Source of the DNA: Laetmonice hystrix
Lineage: Eukaryota
DNA length: 64,000 nucleotides
Assembly (NCBI GenBank): GCA_965235115.1
Contig: OZ249436.1
Coordinates: forward strand, 21,640,001-21,704,000
Reading direction: 5' to 3'
A model generated the notes under the pieces. The model was not told where the DNA came from, made no database searches, and saw only the letters and a list, made by a program, of their open reading frames with translations. Of the stretch, positions 12,701 to 24,600 are shown piece by piece. Both the position numbers and the translations under genes were made by a program. How positions within the stretch are numbered: the stretch's first letter is position 1; every line of letters begins with the position of its first letter.

Positions 12701-13272
12701 CCTTGCTTTTTAAGGGTCACATGAGTGGACTTCTGGCAGCTGTGAAAGCTAAGGATGAGGAGCTTGCCCATCATTGGTCCAAGACAGAGGAATGGGGAAC
12801 AGTCGAGCATCTGATAGCTGCAAACTGTGAGTTGTCCTCACTTTCCTAAGGCCAAGTTTAGAACCAGTCCTATATGAAGTGAGCTACATATGAATGTATA
12901 TACAGCCCTCCGTAAATCAAGATGTTGCAGTATATATTTCAAACTCTACAAGTTCCCAGTGTAACTTGTAAATTAATGTCTAATAATAATATCCAAGAGA
13001 AAAGAGATCTATGTTACATAGAATATGCTATCAAATTGTCATATCATGTCAAATATCCATATATTGAATTTGACTACAAAAGTTTAATTATTTTGCCTCC
13101 AGCTCCTTCCCCAACACCTTCTCGACAGCCTTCTTACGTTGGACCTGATGCGTCACCACTGCCCCCTATTGGAGGAGGCGGAGGAGGCGGAGCAATGTGG
13201 ACATGCAAACACTGCACCTTCCTCAACCAACCTGAACAGTCTAGCTGTGAGATATGTAACCTCCCCAAATAA
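3740..13272 (+). CDS. NPLOC4: Nuclear protein localization protein 4 homolog (p97/VCP-Ufd1 cofactor), 14 coding exons, ~633 aa
   Basis: Exons 3740-3754, 8624-8704, 9410-9522, 9678-9899, 10013-10061, 10295-10389, 10609-10732, 10870-11049, 11175-11336, 11462-11588, 11743-11903, 12159-12449, 12715-12826, 13103-13272, all GT-AG and in phase. Motifs: [74 protein letters not shown] and a C-terminal NZF finger [10 protein letters not shown]...CEIC. Confidence 0.97.
4270..5425. repeat. 164-bp tandem repeat, ~6 copies plus a degenerate leading copy
   Basis: GCCATTTTGAA(T/A)TCAAAATGGC recurs at 4459, 4623, 4787, 4951, 5115 and 5279 (period 164). Confidence 0.95.
6107..6447. mobile_element. hAT-Charlie-type MITE nested in the larger element
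   Basis: TIRs CAGTGGTCTCCAACC / GGTTAGGGACCACTG; flanks ATCTAGCT / ATCTAGTA resemble the NTCTAGAN 8-bp Charlie target. Confidence 0.8.
8281..8447. repeat. ~82-bp imperfect tandem duplication within a G/C-tract MITE remnant
   Basis: TGTTCTAAAATGCACTATAG...GAAATTTCAAAATATTCCTGGGGGCCATG...poly-C occurs twice. Confidence 0.6.
11964..12017. repeat. Perfect 27-bp tandem duplication in an NPLOC4 intron
   Basis: TATCACAGGCTCGGAGATGCTATTGGC x2. Confidence 0.9.
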
Positions 13273-13952
13273 GGCATCACCTTGCATAGGAAAACCCTGA
13301 CTGCCTTTTCTGTTGCCCATGTATACTTTCCTTGAACCTTACACCTTTCATATTCTGCCCACTCATGGGTCTGCAAGGTTATGTTAACTCGGAACTCTTT
13401 GGTGAGTCATGCCGAGAACAGTGTTGTGTATGTAAATATATATTCAAATATGAAGAATTGATGAAGTGACTTGTTCTGCACTGTCTGCCGTTAAAATGAC
13501 GCGTGTAAGTCTGAAATCAACAGGTTAACAGTGCTTCCTGTCTACATTCTGGCCTATAGTCAATCCTGCCTCTGTCAGGACCTCTTCTTCCCCGGGTAAC
13601 CGACAGCTGAGGTGTACCATGACTGTTAATACTTGATAACCTACAAGGTCTCCAAATCCTGACGTCTTGCATATTCCAAGATTCCCTTTTAACTCATCAG
13701 TTTTGGTTTAGTTGGCCTCCATAAAATTGTTTGGCCTTCCCTATGATATGATGGCCTTCCTGGTCCCTTTGCGAATAACAGTCGGTACCCCCGCCCCCTG
13801 CCCACTTTATTACCTGCAGTTTTTCTGCTGCCCTGGGTTCGGTTTTTGAAAACTTGAAATCCTGCTTAAGCTTCAGCTTAATACTTCTGATTGGCTGGTC
13901 TGCTTCAACCAGTCAATCAGAAACATTAAGCACTTAAGCAAGTTTTTTTTAA

Positions 13953-14193
13953 AGGTACGCTCTATTGAATTCAGTTTCTGCGTCGGACTGCAGCGATGGC
14001 CCAGCGTCACGTACCCATTCTAAAAATTGAACGCTCCGTTCCCCGAGCAAGCACACAGCGACTGGGGGGCTCACCGCTGTACCGTGGGCTGCGACAGGTT
14101 GTGGGAACAGGGCGTTCAATTCCCAGAACGAGCACGCGACACTGGGCCATCGCTGCAGTCCCACGCGGAAACCGAATTCAATAGAGCGTACCT
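13953..14193. mobile_element. Kolobok-like fold-back MITE with TTAA TSD
   Basis: TTAA|AGGTACGCTCTATTGAATTC...GAATTCAATAGAGCGTACCT|TTAA; imperfect arms of ~90 bp. Confidence 0.8.
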
Positions 14194-14295
14194 TTAAAGT
14201 GGGCCCAGTCAGTTGACATTGATGTTCCGCATGGCATTTGGGCCATTCAAGGCTTATTTACATGTAAAGGGATAGAAGATGCAAAATCCTCCTTA

Positions 14296-14463
14296 CAGTA
14301 GCAGATCCAAGGGAGAGGGGTTTAAACCCCCCCCCCCCCCCGGCAGCCAATTTTTCTTTTATTCTCCATAGAATTTTCTGAATTGACCATGCTAACCCCC
14401 CCCCCAAAAAAAATTCTCCCCTTTGACACCCCCCCCCATACCAAAATCCTAGATCCGCCCCTG
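14296..14463. mobile_element. MITE with 5-bp TSD, copy 1
   Basis: CCTTA|CAGTAGCAGATCC...GATCCGCCCCTG|CCTTA; related to 28691-28868. Confidence 0.7.
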
Positions 14464-15618
14464 CCTTAGTTTGACTTTTTCCTGTCAAGACTTCTTAACG
14501 GAAACTTTGTAATTCTAACAACTAGCCCTACACACCGAATATTTACGGAACTGATCGTCTTTGACTTGTCAATGCAATGAGACATCTTAGCTACTGCGTA
14601 TGATTGCACTGCCATGCAAAGAAGCTACCGGTACTTAGAAATTCATCAAGCATAAATAAACCAAGGTCAACTGTAAGAGCAATCTGTGTACTGCTAAAGA
14701 AGAACCCCTCGTTTATATTTTTACCTGATGGTCTGAGTGTGTCAGAAACTGCACAATTTTGGAAGTTCAATTTATAATCTGGTGACAGTTCGCCTAGGCA
14801 TTTATCATTGCAGCAATGCAGCGGCAATGAAGCACATGCATGTCACCACTTCACATGTAGACACAATTCTTTGACAGCGATTCCTGGAATTAACAAACCC
14901 AATAGATGAGAGCAAAAGATAAGGCATATACATGTGCATATCTGATCATAACCAGGTATTCAGGCGTGTGATATCCTTTGTAAACTCCTTTGACAGATCA
15001 GCCATACAATGATGGAATAATACTTATTATAATCTTAAAAATAGGCAAACAATATATTTTTAGTCACTACATGTACTGTCTTAACAATAGCTCTCATGTC
15101 TACGAAGAGTTTATTGCACCGATTTCTCATTTAGTGGTTCTCAGGTCATGAAGAGTGCTTTGTCCATCATCAGCGGTTTTCTTTCTTTCTTTTTTTGAAT
15201 TTTTAAAAAAAAGTTTTTGACGAAGGAAGGTATTGGAAGGTGTGGTACTGACTGGTTATAGGATACATGATGGTATACTGTCGGCTTTTGCATTCTGGGC
15301 ATCACAGCAACACATGGTAGACGTTTCTTCATGCTCTCGACTCGCTTGGAGTACTTAGTTCAGTTTCCTCTAGGACATGTTTATTGAAAGCTACGGTCCA
15401 TGCATTGGTTATTTATTTATTTGTGCTCAATGCCTGGCTAGTGTTGTATAATACCAAATCGAGTATAAATTTTGTATGTATTCTTGTTTTTTAATCAGTA
15501 TTTCTCGTACATTTCTGGTCTTTACTTCCAAAAATGATTAATAGTGTTCACCTGTCAATTTGTACCACCAATGCAGTTCTTTGTAAAAAAAAAGGAAAAA
15601 GGAGGAAATAATAATAAT

Positions 15619-15624
15619 AATAAA
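15619..15624 (+). terminator. Candidate NPLOC4 polyadenylation signal
   Basis: AATAAA after an AT-rich 3'UTR-like stretch; a second AATAAA at ~15689. Confidence 0.4.
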
Positions 15625-18600
15625 CCAGACCGAGTTCTTTAATTTCATTTTATGTCGTTTCAAATCAGTTTTACTCACACATTGCAATGAATAAACAAAT
15701 CTTAAAAAGTAGATTTAGTAACAAAGACTCCAGTCTTTGAGTAAAATGTATGGATATAGGATTTGAAGAAATGAAAGCAAAAGGTCCCCACTTAAGGTTC
15801 ATTATCTGTACATTTAGTAACTCGATTAACGCTCAAAATATTCTTTCTAATTCCTATAAACCTATAAATTTGCTCGAACCCGCCTGTACCCCTGCGAAGG
15901 CAGCTCTTTGGACACCCGGCCAGTAGTGTTTTAAATTTCTAATGAAGGAACACGAAGACCATGATTAGCACTCCCAACTAATCATGGTCGTTGTGTTCCT
16001 TTATCAGTTTATTTAAATTTATTGATGAATGAAGAGGTTGTTCAGACCATCTGAGGTATGATTATCATGATATTAAAAATTGAGGCAAGACCCATGCTAA
16101 TCTCTTGGGGGAGGGGGAGGGGAGGGGTGCTGAATTTTACCGTGGAGCGGTCCAGGCCTAGTAGAAATTGTTTTATTGTGTTTTCTTGAAAAACCTGGAT
16201 TTATACACGAGCTTCTCCGGCACTAATAATTATAATTTTACCAATTAGGACCTTCTTGGAGCATTTATTATCCGTGGCCGATTTCAGACAGCAATTCTTT
16301 GATTGGTGGGGATGAGGGCGTGACGACATTAAAATATTTCGACTTCCATCCATATCGACCTATTGCATTTGCATGGGAAAGTCTGTAGAAATGCCTAGAA
16401 CAGAGTCAATTGTATTAGGCAGGGACAGAGCACGTACAATCTGAACAACATTCCTTCTTGAAAAGCGATGGGGCAACTACTTCGGATACTTTACAAATTA
16501 GGGGGGGAAATTATTCGACGTGGAGATGTCGAAATAACTGGTCTCGCAGGATAATTATAATGAACTGCATATTATAATTTACAAGTTTTATTTTACAGCT
16601 TAGAAGTCTGCCAACCAATTCAATATGAAGCGGCTTATAAATGTACTAGACTGAACATAGACAAATACAAACCTTTCCCTTTCTTGTTACTTGCTCACGA
16701 TGGACAAGTGCCACCACCAATTCATCAACAAAGTGCACACTAGTGCAAATACATGTACCAAGTCATATTTGACGGTAAATTTGTTAATGTTGTTTCTATC
16801 TGTCACCAAAACCGCTGCATATTAGCGGTGTAGTAAAAAATAAACATGTATGGCCTTAACAAGATCTCCCAATATTTGAATTCAAGTTAAAAAGAACAGA
16901 CGAAAGGGGCTGATTTGTGGTCACCTGACAGGACGGGCATTCAGACTTTGTAAATACTGTAATGTGTTTGTGATTTCGGCTGAGTGAAATCACCCAGATC
17001 ACACACAATTACCGGTTCATTGCTATCCATGCATCAAGATCATACAATGTAATCTAAAAAGGATCTATCACCATTATTTACGAGAACAAGTGAAAATCTG
17101 GCGCACACTTGCACACGTACTATACACGAGCTGTGCAACTGAACCCATTTATTTCAGCCATACACCACTTCACGCATGTAGCATCATCTCTAACCAAATG
17201 TCAAATATCATCTAATGATAACTTCAAATATATCCTTGCAAGTATTTTTATCTCCAGTTTACATTAGTCCATTAAAGCATCTTTCAGTCGATCGACAACA
17301 CTTTACTTCCGTTAGCCTGGTACGCTGCATTCCAAGATTCACATGTGACATTTTTAGTGCTACATTAAAGTTAGATGAAATCTTTAAAGTGCACAAGTTC
17401 TTGAGAATCACTTCATGTTAATGCCAAAGCTTGGAGACGAGCAATCCGAATTAACAAAATAAAAAAGTCATACACCTGGACCTATGTAGTAGACCCTCAC
17501 AGAGAGCCATTTTTCAGCATTATAAAACTGCTACTCTTAACGTATTTGCTTGACACAGTTACGAACTACTGCAGCATGAGGAACAAATATGGCAACAACT
17601 GTAGGCTTGCGTAAACGACTATTTATAGATCAGTGCAAATTAAATAGAACAGCATTGATAAATTTAGACTTGGCTTCTGTGAATCAAGTAACAACATATT
17701 TAACTGGTTTCTGTAAATCCTTATAAAATACTGGTATTAAGTGAAAGTGAATCCAAAACTCGGGGTTTATACTCAAATGGAGTATCAAAACACTGGTCCT
17801 ACATGGCATCAAATAGGTTCCATTCCGGAGCGTTACATCGACCACAAATAACCATTTATGTCATTCAAAGGCTTGGACATGTTTGGACACTCTCGACCCA
17901 CAGTTGCCTTGGAAACAAACAAGAGGAGCAGATTTTGTCAACCAGTCTCATTCAATGACATAGGTCTTAGAGCATCTTCACGCGCACGATGAATTGAGTA
18001 CTAAAGTAAGGCATACAGTTGAGTTTGAACGACAACCAAATTAATAATTACAAAAGCCCAGTGACTATCCTTTCTGAGACCCACGTTTGGTGTTTGTATG
18101 GTAATGGTACCCCTGAACGATCGTGCATGATGCGCTACACATTATATTATCCCATAATACTTGGGGAACCGACCTGCAGGGTCTGATCGGCCAGTTAATG
18201 CCACACACTTCACGTTATTGTATCACTTCAATATTTGCTGTCTTGTCAAACCCTTGCCACCTTTTCACAACCCATTACACCTTAATTAGTCTTTTCAAAA
18301 GTACATTTGGATTTCAACTGAATTGCCTCCACCTACTACCTGTATCTTTTTCAGAGTTTCTGTTACTTTAAAAAAAAAAGAGTTCTTTTTGGTACTTAAA
18401 ACCCGAGATCTGGCGTAACGAAAGTTTAGTTCTGGTATCCCCTGCAATGTGTGTTGTGAGACAGCTATATGTTAGCTGCATGTTTCAAACGAAATCATTG
18501 ACTCTCCTCTGGCAATGCTTGACACATAAACCAATATTTCTGCCCTTCATCGCACATGGGCATTATTTCAGTTCTTCAAGTCCACATTCGCTGCTGCAAC

Positions 18601-18639
18601 GGAGCAGTTATTACTAGCAGGGTTTCCGTCCAGTATTTC

Positions 18640-21600
18640 TCATTCTGTCTTGTGTGTCATTGGGGGAAACTCACTGTCATCGTCAAGACGCAGTGCCCCA
18701 ACACCAGCAACCGTTGCGTCACCTCCAATGGCTCCCTGGTCTACATCCTGGTATGGCTGAGATTCTGAAAGAGACAAATCGTCCCATGTACAACATTGCA
18801 GCCATCTGAAAAATAACATAGAGAGTATGAATCCAACCATCAAGTCATCAAATATCTACAGTCTGCACATTTTGTTAGAAAAATTGCCAATCTTGAACAA
18901 AATCAAAATCCAAAATGGTCACAGCTATTTCAAGCTTTCCTGAAAGTCTACTACTGATTTTTAATAAGTTTAAGTCTTATTTTAATCTAAATTCTGTCAA
19001 ACTTCCTTGTGTCAAGAATTTCTAGTCATATGTTGGAATGCCAGTATTTGATGCATACAACATTTCATGATAACTATAATATGGCAATGAAATGATGGGT
19101 CATCTAGAGTAAATGCATGTACATCTGAAATATCAATGGCACTGTCAGTTACTGTGGGACTGATGGAGGACCCCTTCGAAATATACTTAACCAAACAAAC
19201 CTGTCTGACCTGCACAAAGGAAGAGCCATCTTCAACAGTGGGAACAATGGATTTCAAGGCTCTTCCAATAAAAACACTTTCAAAAGAAAACAATTTCCAG
19301 TTGATTCTTGGTCCAGTATAAAGCAAATATTATGATATGAGACCTTTTAGAACCCACGCACCAGTCAAATGTGTGCCATAGGTGGACACAAAGGAAAAAG
19401 CTTGATGCTAAAACTTACTACCTTAATGAATTAACCAAACAGTAAAAAAACAAACTAAATCAATTTACTATCTGCCAGCTGTCAGGAACCATAAAAATGT
19501 TTCTCAGGTACTTATTAGAAAAATAATGTAAAATAATATGTCGGCAGGAGAATTTATGTTTAACCGAGTGATTTACACATAGGGAAACCATTAAAAGGAA
19601 GGAATCTTGACGTCTCCATCAAAATGTACGTCAATCAAGTTTCAATAATTGGGCATCATAACATAGCTTTCTACATAGGCTCAAAACTACCGGCGGATAA
19701 CAGTTCATGATAACTGAACACCAACAATAGTCAAAAGCTGTCTGAAGAAATACAATTAATCTTCCAAACATCTCTCACCCTATACTTTATATGCTATACC
19801 TACCGGTAGCCTGCAACCTGAGGACCTTTTTCTCCAGAAGGGAAGGCTGCCCACCGGGTTAAGGGTATCAGGAGTCCTAATTCTGACCCATTTAGCAATA
19901 GATACCACTGACCTACTGGGTTTATAATTGTCAACATGCTGAGAACAGGAGTACCCCATTATTAATTAAGGAATTTTTACAGTCTTACTATTTTTTACAA
20001 TATTTTATAACCATATTAAACTGCAATTAGGCCTTTAATTTTTAGTGACTGTAATGCATTTTATACTCAAGTCTTATAGAATGAAGATCTCAAAGGGTTT
20101 GAAAGTGTAACAATTTGTCCATAGTCCCATTTTTAGTTATATGATAATAATAATATCATAATGACTTTCTCCCAGACTCTATAAATAGAATGACTTAGCC
20201 ACCAAGGAACTGGCCCCATTTTATAGCCTATATTTTGTGTCACTGTAATTGTTCATCTGGCGATGACCAACATGTTATATTAGTCTTACTTGCATTCTTT
20301 GTTTACTTCACACAAAATTCGTCTTCTCACTCTTCTCAATACAATTCAATTATACAAGGATGAGAACATGCGTGCATTTGCCACATTCAACTTTGTGAAT
20401 TGCATCCTTTTTTGTTTTGCATCCTTATATTGTTTTTTTTACTTTGAGACATCAAACCTATCTCAATTCATTCACACTGTAAAGTCTTGTGACATTAGAC
20501 TCTATAATTGATCAAAGGCATGACATGTTAGGCCTTAATCTAGGTCTACCTGAATCTGCAGCATGATGTCGTGCTTGGTGTAGCCATGCATGACCTCTGG
20601 CCAAACTTCACACTCGACAAGTCATACATCGTTAATTACAGTGAGTGGACCTGGGCCCTGCCATTTCACAAAACATCTTCAAAAGTTTCAAGAATTTTGA
20701 AGAAATCCTTTTTATCACTGCTGCCTGCAACCAATTTTCCGTTATCTTTATATGCTGAACTCATTTCTGAACAAAGATAACGACATGGTACTCCATCACT
20801 TGTGCCTTTCAGGAAGTTCTGTTATCTGCTCTCTGTTATCCAGATTAAAGTCATGGTTTCTCTGTCCAACCGAGTACCATAATTAACCAAGGACTGTTAA
20901 GGGTAATAAAAAGTAACAGCAAATTAATATAATTGGTCGAAGTTAATTTAGGCCATGTTCACACACTTCTTTTTAACCTGTATGCCATGAAAAATTTTGA
21001 AAATTTTCACCTACATTACTTTTACCGCTGATACAGAGGAAAGCTTAATAATCACTTGACAATTCTTGAAGTAGCATAAGCAATATCCAAATCTTGACAT
21101 TCAAAGGTCAATCAGGATATCTTATTATTTCAATGGATTTTTGCAAATGTTGTAACGATATGCTTAAATCCAACTTCGATGATTATCATTATTAATTTCT
21201 GTATGTGAACATTGCCTTTAGTTTAGGATCTGGGACTCAAAAGCCTTTACAGATTTTATTCAACCATATAGTTTATTTCTTGAGTTAGTGACTCCAGGTG
21301 AATAAGTCAAGAAAAGGTTTCAGAAAAGGGCAGCTTGAATGAGTTGAGTGCAAGGACTGTGGTATCAGACTCTACATGCAGACACATTACCTGCGTAGTT
21401 ATACCCAAGGTCCTCGCGAAGCACCTCGTCGATGGTCTGCGGTGACCTGGCCAGGCCTCCGAGCTCCTTCTGTCGTAACACATTAGCATAGCTCTGGTTA
21501 CCCCAGCTCGGCACGTGGGGAGGCAGCTTACCTGGGGGGGTGCCCTGGGAGGATGGAGGGGGGTTCCCACCAGATGCCCCATCCACCTTCCGGACAGATG

Positions 21601-24600
21601 ATGCGTAAGTTCCACCTCCTGCTGTCAATGGCTTGTCACCGGATGGTTCATTTATGACTCCCGATTCACTGCTGCCATCTAGCCTATAAATCAGGCAAAA
21701 ACCTGGTAAAATCATGATAATTGATATCATAAGCTTATATTTATTTATCCAGCAGAAGACACTAAAATGTTGCTGGCCCACTGAACCACTTCTGTGTTTA
21801 GTCTAGTTATTAGATTTAAAAAGGGATATGGTGCTGAACTAGAGCAGAAGTGCAAAGTCACTGAGACCAGGCTGTTTAAGCAGGCTATATACATGTATGT
21901 ATGTCTCTCACCTGTGCTGTTTGAGCAGGCTATATGTCCCTCACCTGTGCTGTTTAAGCAGGCTATATGTCCCTCACCTGTGCTGTTTAAGAAGGCTATA
22001 TGTCTCTCACCTGTGCTGTTTAAGCAGGCTATATGTCTCTCACCTGTGCTGTTTGAGCAGGTCTCCCACCTGTGCTGTTTAAGCAGGCTATATGTCTCTC
22101 ACCTGTGCTGTTTAAGCAGGCTATATGTCTCTCACCTGTGCTGTTTAAGGAGTGTACATTCCCCTCCCTCGCAGGGATCGAGATTGTAAATGTAGAGGTA
22201 ACCGTCCTGTGAGGCCACCAGCAGCCTGGGCATCTTCTGGATGTTAGCCATAGCACATACATTGCGTAGGCCTGAGAATGGCAGGCGGGCAGTGGCATGG
22301 TCGCGACCCTGGCTGAACATCTCGGTCACCTGTGTGGGCAGGTAGCTGGCAGAAGTTTTGATGGCCTGGCCGACGTAACCCATCCAACCTTGGGGCTCTT
22401 CACTGGGTCTGGATGGGGAGGCACGCATCCTCATAATGAAAACACAACTCTTGTCTACATCTTGTCACGATTAAACTTTAGATACCCACTAGATAGTTTG
22501 ATCGAATCAGATTGATCAAAAATGACTGTATTATTCTCCTTTGATCTTGATCATAAAGGATAAAAATCTCCTAGCAGGATGAAACTAAACTGTGAATCAC
22601 CACAGACCAAGTGGACAACCAGGCTGAACATTATTCATTCAACTGATACAAACATTAACAAGTTTAAAAAGGAAAGAAACCTCTAACGTTAATCTGAAGG
22701 AGTAAAAAAAATGAGTGTACTTCAATGGGCATGTTGGAGAGTTTGACCTTTAAATGAAGCAGAAACATAGCAACAATCATGCATCCAACAACCAAAGAGG
22801 TGCCAGACCCATGCCCTCCCTCTACATCATCTTGATTCCCTTTGCTTTGTATCGAATTTGTGCCTGATACACAAATTGTTTGTACACAGTATTTTGATGG
22901 TGCCAGATGTTCCCTACAGTATGTGACATCACCCCAATCACCATCCCATTAACCAGGTCATGAACTCTACTACTGAGGTCAACCGTTCACATTATGTAAT
23001 ATTGATCTCCACATGGTCATTACTTCATCACATTTTTTTTATATTATTTTATGTGTATTAGTTTTTAAATAAGCCTTTTACTGGAGGGCAGGGAGTGGCA
23101 TTGTCAGAAAAGAGGGCACCCTCATTATGTATAATTTACACTCTACTCCTGGACCAGGTTTGGACCAGGGCCCCACGATATAGTTAACTGCTGGTAAAGT
23201 AGGCCGTCGTCAAGGCGACAACCAGACAACGTTACAACGTTAGCGGCACCCCCTCCCCAGTCGTTAAGTTAACTAGACCGTTCCCTTATATGATACGCTA
23301 CTAACTAGACCTTAGTAAGACGGGTTTTAACCAGCTCTAGTTAATAACGATTTCTGGTTATTAACTAGCTATAAGTTAACTAGATCGGGCTTAACGATGT
23401 TTAGTAAGACGGGCCCCAGGCCTACTTCTGGGTCCGGGTCCAGGTTCGGTCCACTTTGCTCAAGTGGACCCAGCCCAGTTGCAGACCTGCCAACATAACC
23501 AAATCTTTTGAGTACATTCAGCCCTGTGGCCTGTAGGAGCACAGCCAGGGGACATGCGCACTGGGGTAGGTGCGCAAGGGGGATATCTCCCTCCTGCTGG
23601 GGGGAGGGGGGTGGCCACCCTTGGAAAAAATTGAAATTAAGAGTTGTCTCGGGTGCATTCTGAGCACATTTTGAGCATAAAGTGATGCCTAACTAAGTTG
23701 GAAAATGGTGATTCTTAAGGTAAATAGCCATTTCTAATCGTTTTCCATATGAAGGACTGAGGGCACAACAGCGTAGCAGGAGTGTCAAATGCATACCAGA
23801 TACACAAAATGTGTAGTACAGTAGTAGTAGTTGGCAGGTCTGCACTTATGTTTACACCACACCATCGTACAACTAAATGGAAGGCAGATTGATCTGATGA
23901 GTGCCAGGGTGAAGTGCACTCGGTATCGTACAGCACAGTTTGGGTAGCATACCATAACAAGTACACCTATCTGGGCCACCTGGACCAGGTACGTTACAGC
24001 ATGAACAGCCCAGTGGTCCAATTTACACTGCAATTTGAGTGTACCATACTGTACTGGGTTCAGACGCTTGCAGTAGGTTCGGTTACTGTCATCTTTTGGG
24101 GAGCCCTTCATGATAAACCACTTACTTTTCTTTGGGACTTTCAAGTTTGAAGATGTGTACAGTCTCTGTGTTACTGGAGGAGGCAAGGAATAGAGAGTCT
24201 GGACTGAAGGATAGTGAGAAGATATTGACACATCTGAAACAACACATCACACATTTATTATCCTGTCCTGTCTGTGGTGCAGACTGGCAAAACTAAATAT
24301 TTTAAAATATTGCAATTTTCAGAAAAGACTTGGACAAAATTTCAATACTCTTTTTTAACAAGATGCAAGTTGCTGATTCAAAACTCACCTTTTCACTCCT
24401 CGACGGAATTCAAACAATTTTTGTCCCTCTGGTACCGCAAATACCCGAATAACAGTGCCCTGCAATGTAGAGATTTTTCTGTGCAAATTGTCCTCCTTTA
24501 TTTACTTTAAGACAACATACTTCATTCTGTTGCTAATAGGGTAAATACTTTAATGAGATGTTTAACAGTTTAACTTCCAATCTTGAGCAGCACATTTGAT

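Noticed and set aside
21794..22189. Repetitive ORFs ([10 protein letters not shown] / [11 protein letters not shown]) and a CRISPR-like look
   Set aside because: Translation of a contiguous 33-bp minisatellite antisense to WIPI; no unique spacers, no cas genes, eukaryotic context.
23785..24231. 148-aa minus-strand ORF
   Set aside because: Out-of-frame overlap of WIPI exon 7 running into intron; no recognisable domain.
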